The notes under the pieces are model-generated. The model did no database searches. It worked only from the letters and a program-made list of their open reading frames with translations, and was not told where the DNA came from. This document shows, piece after piece, positions 11,201 through 23,200 of a stretch of 26,787 nt of DNA (positions are counted from its first letter, which is position 1; every line of letters begins with the position of its first letter). Both the position numbers and the translations under genes were made by a program. The DNA comes from Methanocellales archaeon (GTDB lineage Archaea > Halobacteriota > JAWCLZ01), in the NCBI GenBank assembly GCA_038850285.1, contig JAWCMA010000001.1, forward strand, positions 163,636-190,422, read 5' to 3'.

Positions 11201-14200
11201 TGAAAATCCACTTGTTGATTCCAATCCAGCGAATAATACCGCGAAGAATAGCATAATAATCAACTTAGATAGCATTCCACCAGTAATCTCGAGAGTTATA
11301 GTACCAGATATCAATGAAAACTCCCAAAATGTAACTATCGAGGCAGAGGTAACAGACGCTGGCGTGGGCGTTAATACCGTTATTCTATTCTACAAGATTG
11401 AAACCTGGCCAAGTTGGCAGAATAAATCCATGGTAAAAGTAGCAAGTGATAAATATAGAGCGATTTTAAGCAAGCAAGAAATTGACTGGGACTTATATCA
11501 AGGCCAGAACTTCACTTATTATGTGAATGCCTCGGATAAGAATAATAACTATAATCAAACCTCGATAGCAATAGAATATATAGATATAATAAATGACGTG
11601 CCTAAACTCGCTATCTATACGCCTAATAAGGATAGAATTTGGTTTGGAATTATAACTATAAACTTCACCTGCGACAATGATAATGAAGGGCCTTGTGCTT
11701 CAACAGTGTACTACTGGCAGCCACACCCATGGGCACCCACTTATGAGGAAAACCCAGTGGAATACTTCAAGCAAGGCAAATGGATAAAAATTGTAGACCT
11801 CGTAAATGAGGGCATTACAACTTATGACTGGGATACAACTAGCTTTAATGGTTGGAATAGATTAAACATAACCGCGAGCGATGGCATATATATAGTTAGC
11901 AATCTCTCGGATATCTTCATCATCGACAACTTCAATATCTCAATCACCATAGACAACTACTACGATAGCGATGCAAAAGCATATGTCATCGCAGCAACAC
12001 CAGTGATCTATGGCAAGGTAAATGCCATTTATAGTAACATCACCTCGCTAGAGATAAACAACACTAGCTATACCTTAACAATAAGTCCAATTGGAAAGAA
12101 ATTTGGTAACTACACCTTCGAGTCAAGCACTATTTTCACCACCCCCTTCAGCGTGAAGATAAACGCGAGTGATGAAGCAAATAGCTATGATGAAATAACT
12201 GGATACTTCATAATAGATAGCCTATTGCCAGTGATCGATAGCGTGGAATTCCAGAACTCCTACACTAACGACCTAGTTAAGATAGTAGTTAACGCGAGCG
12301 ATAACTATCTCATTGATTCAGTTACTGCAACTATTCCAACGAATATTGGCATGCAAAATATCACTTTAAATAAAATCAATGAAACCATTTATGAAGCTGA
12401 ATTCAGAGGCCCATTGACACCTGGAACTTATACTGCAAATATTACAGCTAGAGATATAGCTGGGAATATTGCAAAGGTAACCACAGCATTTGACATTACC
12501 CCTGGAATCGAGCTAGAGGTTAGCGATATAACATTCGAGCCAGGCATAGTTGCAACAGGTGAAATGGTAAATATCACTGCTTTGGTCAAGAACACAGGGG
12601 GCAAAGACGCCTTTAATATTAATATTTCCATTCTCGTTAATAGCAAGCATATTGCAACGTTATTCGCAAATGTTTCGCAGAATTCAAGTGCAGCAATTCC
12701 CTTCAACTGGGATACCACTGGCTTCGCAGGCAATGTAAATGTAACGGTTAAAATTGAAAATGCCACTGGAATCTATGAAGTTAATTATACCAATAATATC
12801 TTATCTAAGTCATATTACATCAAAGCCTCAGATTTAATAGTCACTAGCATTTCCTTCAACCCACCCCCGCCAACTTACTCTGGATTGAGGGTGGCAATAT
12901 ATGCTGATATAGCAAATATAGAAGAGATAAATGCCACTTGGGTGAGAATCAATTTCTATAGAAATAATACCACTGAGGATAATTTAATTGGCTATACATA
13001 TATCGATGTCAACGCGAATTCAACCACTAGGGCACAAGTGGAGTGGAGAACCTCTGGACTGGAGGGCAATCAGACCATAATTATCTGGATAAATCCATAT
13101 AACCTGCCAGCAGAGCTTAACACCAGTAATAATTTAGCAAGTGCAATCTATCAAATAGAAGAATATATCACTGAAAAGATACCTGCAACCCTGACCTTCC
13201 AGAAGCATTTGGTAGCACAGCTAGCTGGAGAGAAAATCAGAGGACTTGCCTCAGGTAACTTCGATAGCGATACCAAGATGGACTTTGCAATTGGCACAGA
13301 TAAAGGCAATGTAATTCTCTTCAAGAACCTCGAGACCATTATTGAAAATAGAACCAAGTATATCAACTTCACCTCTGTAGCTATAGATAATCTTGGGGAG
13401 AAAGCTTATGGCATGACCTCAGGCGATTACTATAACGATGGCTATCAAGATCTCGTGGTTGGCACAGAATCTGGAAAGGTAATCCTCTACAATAATACCC
13501 TGGGTATATTTACTAAGAGAGAGTTATTTGACGTTGGGGACTATGCCTATGGCTTAACAACTGCTGACTACGATGGCGATGGCGATTTAGATCTCGTGGT
13601 CGGCGATAAGCTGGGACACGTTTCTCTATATCTCAATGATAACATGACTTTTACTTTCTCTAGAATTTTGACCACGAGAGAAGAACCATTTGGATTAACC
13701 TCAGGCGACTACAATCTCGATGGCAGCATAGACTTAATAGCTGGCGATAGACTAGGGCAGTTAACAAGAGTAACTAAGGAAGCTGGAGTTTATAATAGCT
13801 TTATCTTCGCAGATATAGGTGCATTTGCCCATGCATTAACGACCGCGGATATTGACTTCAATGGCAGACTAGATTTAATTGCAATTGGCTTCGCGGGCGA
13901 GATAAATCTCTTCTACAGCCGAGAAGGCGGCTTGGTGATGGATCCATTGATAATTGGGAAGACTAATAATACCTATGGCATAACCTCCGCAGACTACGAT
14001 GGCGATAATGATATCGACCTTATAATTGGCACTGACGAGGGCGAGGTCTATCTCCTCTTAAACAGCCTCTCGATAATTAAGAGCTCATCCAGAGACCCAG
14101 CGCCCACCTCGCGCCCATTTGAGATAGCAACTTATATAGAAAATCCATGGGCAAGGAAGATGGAGAGCGTAAATTTAACTGAAAGCTGGGGAGAAGAACA

Positions 14201-17200
14201 GAGACTAATTGAGGATAGCTATTCCTACACCGCTTGCTGTGGATGGTGGTGCATGAACTATCACGAAACTCGCTCTGGAGACCTGCTAATATTTGATCCC
14301 CAGGGGAGAATGTATCTCTTCCAATTCCCCAATACCATTAATTATGACCCTGAATTTAGATACTCAGGCTGCTTCTACTGGTCTTCTTATACCTACAATG
14401 GTAATGCCAATCTCAGCAATACCTCTTTCAGTATACCAAATTTCCTTGATGTGGTGAAGTATGATACCTTGAAGCAGAGAGAGAAAATAATCTACAAATA
14501 CCAACTCTCTCCGCAAGAAGAGGAAAATGTAACAGCAATAACAGATGTTAACTATCTCATTAAAGGCCTTTTCAAAACAGCACCAACTGATTACTTGCTA
14601 TCAGATGATGTTTCTAATGTTAATAATCAAGCTGCAAATGTCAAGAACCTCAATCCCAGCGAGTATAAGACAGATCGCGATTATCTAGATGTGGAGATAA
14701 GAGCTCCAGAATTCGTGGCAGAGGACATACAATTCTCTTACAAAGGCATAGCAATACCATATAAGCCCATCACCATAACTGCCACTGTAAACAACACTAG
14801 AGATATATCCATAGATAACGTGGAGATTCAATTCTTAGTGGATAATCAAACTATATCTCAAAGCTGCACTTACGATCCCTTTGGCTACATCATTGAATGC
14901 AGAGATGTGACCTTCAACATAGGCGCACTCTCAAAAGCAAAGATCTCCTATATTTGGACGCCGACAACTGGTGGAACCCATGATATAGCCATTGCGGTCA
15001 ACCCCGCGAAGAAGATAGTGGAAAGAGATTATGGGAATAACAACTTGACAAAGAAATTTAGTTTAGAGCCACAAGCGGACTTAGCTCCAATAGCAATATG
15101 GTTCAACAAGAGTGAATACATAGAGGGAGAGCGCGTTACAGTATATGCCACGATAGAAAATGTGGGGAAGAACAAGAGCTACTGGGGCTACGCGGTATTC
15201 TGCGATAGACAGAGGATTAACTGTACGCCAGCGAGTCCATATTACGATGCGGATAAATGCGATGGAATAGTTAGCTATCCATGCGGCACGGGTGCCACTT
15301 GCTGGGTCTGCGAGCCAGTGGGCTTTGGCAATCTAGAGGCTGGGGAAAATGTTACAATTAATTACACATTTACCCTAGCAGATGGATACTCCTCATCACA
15401 GGGAACCCATTACTTCAGCGTGGTAACTGGAGATGTTGGCTCTGGCGATGATGATAACTCGAATAACGCAATTTATACAACTTATACCGTAAAGCCCTCG
15501 CAAGTTAACTTGAGATATGATGATTGCAATGGTTGGTGCGACCCATTCTACTTCACTAATCCAGAGGATGAAATACTTAGGTTATATTTAAGAGAAGGGA
15601 ATGCAGGGGGAGAGGATGCAAAGAATTACTCAATAAGAATTTATTATGACAACAACCCTGCTAATCTCCTTAATCAAACTAATAATCTCACTCTAAATAA
15701 CCACACGCTTATCACTAGAACATTTGATGTGAACTGGAGTGCTGTGCCAAATGGAGACCGCGAGATATATGCTTACATTGACTATAATAATGAGGTTAAT
15801 GAATCTAATGAAGGCGACAATATAGTAACCACTCCCTTCAAATGGATCGACTTAGTTGCAAGTAGTATTTCCTTCTCAATCGAGCATCCACGTGCAGGGG
15901 ACTTAATATCTATCAGCGCTACTATTCGCAATGAGGGGGATATTAGAACCAAGGAATTCTCAGTAGACCTATATATAGATGGTCAATTCGTGGAGAGAAA
16001 GAATACCTCTATACCAGCGCATTCCCAGAGCAATGTGATATACAACTGGACGGTTCCCAAATCCCAGATGGTGAACCACGATGTAATGATAAAGGTAGAC
16101 CCAGAGGATGTGATAAAGCTTGAGAGTGAGGCTAACAATGTGCTTAAGAAGCAGCTCTCAACAATTGGCTGGGAAATGCATTTGCTTGCGAAGGGATTCA
16201 AGCACCATAACCTAACTTCCTATGAAAATAGCGGTGGAGCATTTACTGAGAAGGACTATAACTTGAAAGACTTGTTCATGGAATTCCACTCTGCTCCAGC
16301 TTTTGCAGATTTAGATGGCGATGGAGATTTAGATTTAATGGTTGGCGATATCACTGGCAAGCTGAGGACCTATAAGAATACTGGCAGTGCTTTGAATGCA
16401 ACTTGGGTGGAATCTTACTGGGCTTATGGAATAGATGCTGGTTCATATTCAACTCCAGCATTTGCTGATCTTGATAACGATAGCGATTTGGACTTGGTAG
16501 TTGGCAATAACTTCGGATCTTTAAGTGTATATGAAAACACAGGTAATGCAACTAATCCTGCTTGGAGCAAAGTGGATAAGTGGAATATAACGAAGATAAG
16601 CGTTTCATCTTATGCAGCTCCAGCATTCGCTGATCTAGATGGCGATGGCGATTTAGATTTGATAATAGGAAGCGGCGATGGCAAGCTATACTCCTATGAG
16701 AACACTGGGAATTACACTTGGCAGGAAATTGACTGGACAGCAGATATAGATGCAGAGCAAAATGCAGCTCCAGCATTCGCTGATCTAGATGGCGATGACG
16801 ATTTAGATTTAATTGTCGGCCTCAAGAATGGAACAATTTATAGCTATGAAAACATTGGCAGCGCTTCAAGCCCAATTTGGCAAATGGCAACTTGGACATC
16901 TTCAATAAAAACTGGCTCCCACGCCAAGCCTGCACTCGCCGATCTCGATGGCGATGGGGATAAAGATCTTGTTATTGGCAGCAACAACGATGGCTTCATA
17001 CCGCTAAGAGCAGGATATACAGAGCCCATTTATCTAGAGGTGGTCAATTATGGTAACTTCACCATGACGGTAGAGAGGGTTAGCTTTGAATTGCTGAATA
17101 AGAGTTCCGGGAATAAGATTACCGACCTATTTGTTGCTCCACCAATAATAATCCCTGCCCTAGCCGCAATAGAGCGAGAATTCATAATCACTCCGCCGGT

Positions 17201-20200
17201 TGATATACCTGAGAATACCACGCTTGCGATTGTCACTGAAAATGTATTCCCAATGAGCCCCGCGTGGATTAACAATCCCGAGCTGGGAGGCTATACGACA
17301 GACGTGCTCGTGGATGCCATCACAACCCTTGAGATCAGCGGTTCCTACAGAGTACTATACAATGATACAATGTCACCGAAGTTTGTCTGCAGCAACTGGT
17401 GCCCGATTTATAACCTAACGCCTTATAAGATGGCCACGATAATCGCAGACTCCCCAGCTGGAATTAATGTCTATGAAAAGGAGAGAAGGACTAACTTTGA
17501 AATCATAAGACCAGATAGAGCGCCTGTTACGATTTACATCGAGCGATTAGGCGAGTCATTTAGCTTAAGACCAGGCTATATAGAGGACATAGAGTTTACT
17601 ATTCAAAATAACAATAAGAAGGAATACAAAGTTGATCGCTTGACATTCGAGCTATATAAAGATGGCAAGATCTATGATTTATATACCGATACCAATGGCT
17701 TCACCTTGCCAAGGGAAGAGTCGATTAGAAAGAGTTATAAGTTTTATGTGCCAGAAGGAGTGCCGCTTAATGCCACCTTCATATTGAAAGTGGGCACGAA
17801 ATATGGCTTCCCCGATGGCTCTTGGCATAGGAATAATATAAACATCTATCCTAATGTCGCTGGCATAGGTGGCCTTGGATGCGCATTTGCTTCAGAAGAT
17901 ATACCATTAAAAGGTAGATATGATGTAAATAACCTCACGCTCTTTACAAATGAAAGCAGCTGGGGTGCGCAGTACTTCAGCAGCGGGGATATATTCAGCT
18001 TGATGGATATCCTGGCGAAGTTCAACTATATTATTGATCCAACTCGGGTGGAGGAAGAATTCAATCGCGTGCTATCATCGCCAATAGTGGGTGAGTATCT
18101 CTCCTACTTCGGTGTCACCCCTGATATAGTCAATATTGAGGATGTCAGAAACATCTGGAATCAGAAGATCCATCGCTATCATAGCGAGATCGATGATGCC
18201 TCCTATTTAAGGAAACACATCTGGATTCCCTCGACATTGCAAAAAGCAGAGCTATATCAAAAAGTCACTTGCGCTTGTCCAATGGGGGTTCCAAATCCAC
18301 CTTCAGGCATAATCACTTGGGTAAATGAGAAGAATAAATATAGTTTATGCGCTGATTTATGTAACTTTGAGCAAAAGGGCTGGACTTCCCTCTACTACGA
18401 TTTAAAGAAAGGCGAGGATAACTATATAACTCTATATTCCTATGGCCCAAGTCGGGAATTTGAGGTTAACTTCTATGATTTAATAGCTCTAGATTACGTG
18501 CATGCGGCAACTGATAGGGCACTAGAGCCAGCCTTCGACATAAATGTATCTTCAATTGGCTATAAAGGGCTATTGAGAAGGGGATATGAAGAACCAGTTA
18601 ACATTACCATTATCAATAACGACGACGATCCCTTCATAGTTAGAGTTGTGGAATTCGATTTAATCTCAGATAATAGAAAGATCCACCTTTTAACTGATTT
18701 AACTCCTAAGGTATTTGAAGCTAAACAAAAGCAAACTCATAGCTATTATGTACCAATTCCAGATGATGTACCGCTTGATGCAAAGCTTAGAATTAGAGTG
18801 GAGAGAATAGTTGAGCTGCTGGATAAGCTCTGGCTAAGAGACTCTGAGCTAACCATGGAGCAATTGCTCTCCAAGGAAACTCTTGACTATGGATTTGGCG
18901 ATACACTTCCAACTTCTCAAGCGAGCAACTATAGAAAGCATGTATTCATGCCCCTAAATATCACTCGAATGGAAATGATCCTAGGCGCTGGCTTGGATAC
19001 AAAGGTTTACTTAAATGGTGAATATCAAGGCTCAGCTTACTCTGGCTGGTCACCTATAGCCACGCAAGCTGGATTGAGGGAGGGTGAGGACAACTTAATC
19101 TCAGTTAAAGGAAGCATTCCTAAGACTGATGCGCAGATCTACGTGGGCAGGGCATTTGAAGGTGGAAGTATAGTTGAGCCAGAGCAAGATATATTCTACA
19201 TGGTATTTGGAATGCACGAGCACATTTATATCCCAGGTAGGGAGAAGTTCTATGTATATCCCAATGAAACTGTTACCGCGAGGATAAAGATTGATAATTA
19301 CTATCGAAATGCGAGAACATTTGATCTAACATTATATGTAACGGACTTTTCAACTAGAAGTGAAACTATTTTGAAATCAATGACTATAAAGGTTGAGCCT
19401 CAAACCTCGAAATATCTCGAGGTTGATCTAACAATTCCAAGCTATGTGAGCAATGAAACTAAGCTCCAGCTATCAAGTAAATGGCATGAGATAGTCCAAG
19501 ATAAAGCTTGGCTTAGAGCCTCGAATGTAGATGATACAAGTGCTAAGAATCAATTCATGGATGACTCCAGCTGGGGAGTGGTGAATCTCTCAATTGCAAA
19601 GGAAGAAGCACTCTATTTCCGCAAGCACCTCTGGATAGATTCCTCAACCGAGGATGTGCAATTTAAACTCAAAGGTGTGGAGAAGCTCTGGGTCAATGGC
19701 TTAGAGGTGGATATGAGTAAGTGGAAAGCCAATGAGTTTAACTCGCTAACTGGAAATGAAGCCACTAAATCCCAAGATAATGTCATAGTGCTAAAGGCAA
19801 AGAGCTATGATGAAGATGTTGACGCTGAGATCAAGTTAATCCACTTCGTGCCAGTGAAATCCACAGATCTAGATTTATTCAACGTTAGCTACTCGCCTAT
19901 GGCAGTGCTAATGCAAGGCAATACAACTTGCTACTTCAATCAATCCCTCTGCAACTGCAGCGAAGTAGCCAAGGGCGAATGCATCTACACAGTTAATCAA
20001 GGAGATAAAGTAGCAATTAACTTCACAATTAGAAATAGTGGCGAGCTCTTCTCCAAGAACTTCACATTGCTAGCTCAAGCTAGCGGTAGAAATATTGCTC
20101 TAGAGAGAATAAATATGCATCCCTATTCAAGAGATACTTGGCAGATTACCTGGGATACCTCGGAGTTCGCGGGCTTATATGAATTGAATGTAAACCTCGA

Positions 20201-23200
20201 CCAACCTGAGGATATAATTATAGAATCATCTGAATTGAATAACCAAATAGCGAGGAAGATCTATGTCAACGCTCCGCCTAGGATTGAGTATTTAGATGTA
20301 AGAGAACTCTATGGTTTGAATGAAAATATTGCGATAAAAGCGCTAGTTACAGATGCGGATTCCAATTTAGAAAGTGTTAAATTCGAAATCTCCCTACCCA
20401 ATGGCACAGCGCTAATAATTGAGCCATTGAGGATAAATAATAACAGCATTTACACCTATACCTATAAGTCCTCGGATAAAGGTAGATATACTATAAGAGC
20501 ACTTGCGAGGGATTCCCTGGGATTAAATGCTTCAATGAGCAAGTGCTTCGATATTTATAACTCGCTTTTTGTGAATGTTAAAACTGAGAATGATACCTAT
20601 TACTATGGAGAAACAATTAGGCCTACATATGCAGAGTACTCAAATCGAACCAGAGAAATCAATAACACCCCTCCACTATTCCTAGGTGCCTATGACGATC
20701 TTCTCGAGAATATCATTAAGGGCGGGAGTAAAGTTACCATTAGAACAATTGCAGTGGATAGTGATAATGAAGCTATAACCCTATATGTCTGCAAGGATGA
20801 TAGAGTCTCCCGAGAGGGATGCTTGCTTGAAAGCTATTGCAATGCCACCTCGCTGGTGAATCCAAGCTGCTCATTCTACGCAGAAGCTAGTGAGGGCAAT
20901 TACACTTGGCATGCCTTCATATTCGATGGAAGAGGTGAGAGAGCTCGCGCTAGTTATCAAGGCAATTATACCATTGATACCAAGCCACCAGTGATAGAGC
21001 TACTCTCAATTGCCTCAGCCAAAACCAAGGTAGAAGGCCTCTGGGGAGCCACTCCATATCTCGATGATCAAGCGGATAATAAAACATTGATCACAATTAA
21101 AGGCGAAGAGGGAATGAAATGCAGAATAGGCGTTGACGAGGACTACATGCTGCATAGAGATAGAAGTTACTACAACCTCGAACCTAGAGAGGAATGCTAC
21201 GTCTCAGGGGAATATGCCAATTGCCTCGCACCATTGAAGCGTGTTAATCTCACAATGGCTCACATAAGCTGCATTGATAGATATGGCAATGAGCAAAGCA
21301 GCACTGAAAACCTAGATGTAGAAATAGAAGTTAGCCCAGCTGATGATATATATGATAGCTACAATGGCTCAATATTGCAAAAGGGCTCATATGTTACTAT
21401 AAATGGCTACACTAGATATTGCTTGGATCAAGGGAGTAGCTGCACACCAAATATTCCAATTGAAAATGATAATGTGCAATTCAATGAAGAAGGAATCTGG
21501 CACCTCAGATACTATGACTCCGCGGAGAAGATAAGAGATACAGCAATCTTTGTGAATACAAAACCAAGCCTCAGCGAGCAATTCCTAGAATTCATAGATT
21601 ACTTAGGCCACGAATTCGAGGTAATAGCTAGGATAAGTGATCCTGAGAATCAAAAACACCAATGCAATATCACCTACAATAACTCAACCATTGAGATGAA
21701 GCTTGAGGATGGAAGAGCGAGAGCAATATTGAAGTCAAATTCATCAGAAATAGCTGAGCTCGCGATTGCGTGCAGCGATGGATTCGAAGTGGAAAGCTTA
21801 ACCACTTGGCACAGCTTCCCTAACCATGCTCCAGTAATCCGCGGAGTGCCTGATATTAGCTTGAAGCCAAGCGAGGGCAAAATCCTGAATCTAAGTGAGT
21901 TCTCAAGAGATATAGATGGAGATAGCCTTGCATACTTCATAGCAAGCGGCGCTGAAGGTGCGACTGCTAATGCATCCATCGAGGCAAATCTACTCATAGT
22001 CAATGCCTCAAGCACGGTGGGAATATCAACTCTGTGTTTAGTGGCAAATGACTCCCATGAGAATAGTAGCGAGGAATGTATAAACATCTACGTCGAAGAC
22101 CTAAGTGAGTCTATGGTTAAGAATAACGAAGTTACTGAGATGCTTCTCAAGGTATTAATAAAAGTTCAATATTACACCAATCCCCATTGGGTCGACGTTG
22201 AAACAGGCTACTACGAGGTAAAAGTAGACCCCGGGAAGTTTAATCAAATCGATTTAAAGGATATATATAATTGGGATAGCTATAATTCACCATATAAAGC
22301 CGGGCTATTCCGGATCTATGCTGCAGTAATAGATGAAAATAATACTGTGCTTGAAAATAGAGATGGCAGCTTAGCAAGCTCTTCCTATAACTTCAGCTTG
22401 ATGTATTACGAACCCGCTCCCTCTCCTCCATCAAGCATTACCAACTTAACCAATGTAAGCTATGCTGATACATATATCAACTGGACTTGGGATAATCCAG
22501 CAGACCTAGACTTCTGGTATGTAATGGTCTACATAAATGGCGAGTTTAAGCAAAATGTAACTGCTAATTACTATCTCGCAACTAGCTTAGCACCTAATAC
22601 CACATATACAATTTCCACTCGAACTGCAGATTACGCTCATAATATCAATACCACTTGGGTAAATCACACTGCCACCACAGCACCAATGCCACCTATGGTA
22701 AACTACACCATCACTGGCTATGTCTTCGATACCCTCGATGCAGCACTAAGCGCTGTTAATGTAAGCGATAATCAATCCAGAAGCTTTGCTTCTTCCCTTT
22801 CAACTGGCTACTATGATCTAGGCAAGCTATATCCAAATGGCACTTATCTCCTGACCTTCAACAAAACTGGATTTGAAGATGGCACTCTTGAAGTTATTAT
22901 ATCAGGTGGTGATAATCTAACCGCAAACATTACCCTCCGCGACATAACTCCTCCAACCCCTGTTATAGCAGTAGCAACTGATACTCCCACGCAAACCACT
23001 GTAAATATTACTTGGAGCGCTGCCTCTGATGCAAACCTCTGGGGCTATGAAATACTCTTAAATGGCATGCTCTATGCTCATACCCAGAATACCTACTTCA
23101 ATGTCACTGGACTCAGCCCAGGTACTACTTATGAATTTAGAATTAGAGCAGTTGATAAATACAATAACACTGGAGAGAGCTCAGCTCCAATAATAATCAC

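Noticed and set aside
17820-19810. Catalytic GH2 beta-galactosidase
   Set aside because: Only jelly-roll accessory motifs seen; no TIM-barrel catalytic domain or NE acid/base motif recognised.
14235-21450. Multiheme cytochrome or metal-binding CxxC motifs
   Set aside because: CxxC occurs (CGWWC-type, CWVC) but I saw no CxxCH; extracellular disulfides are more likely.
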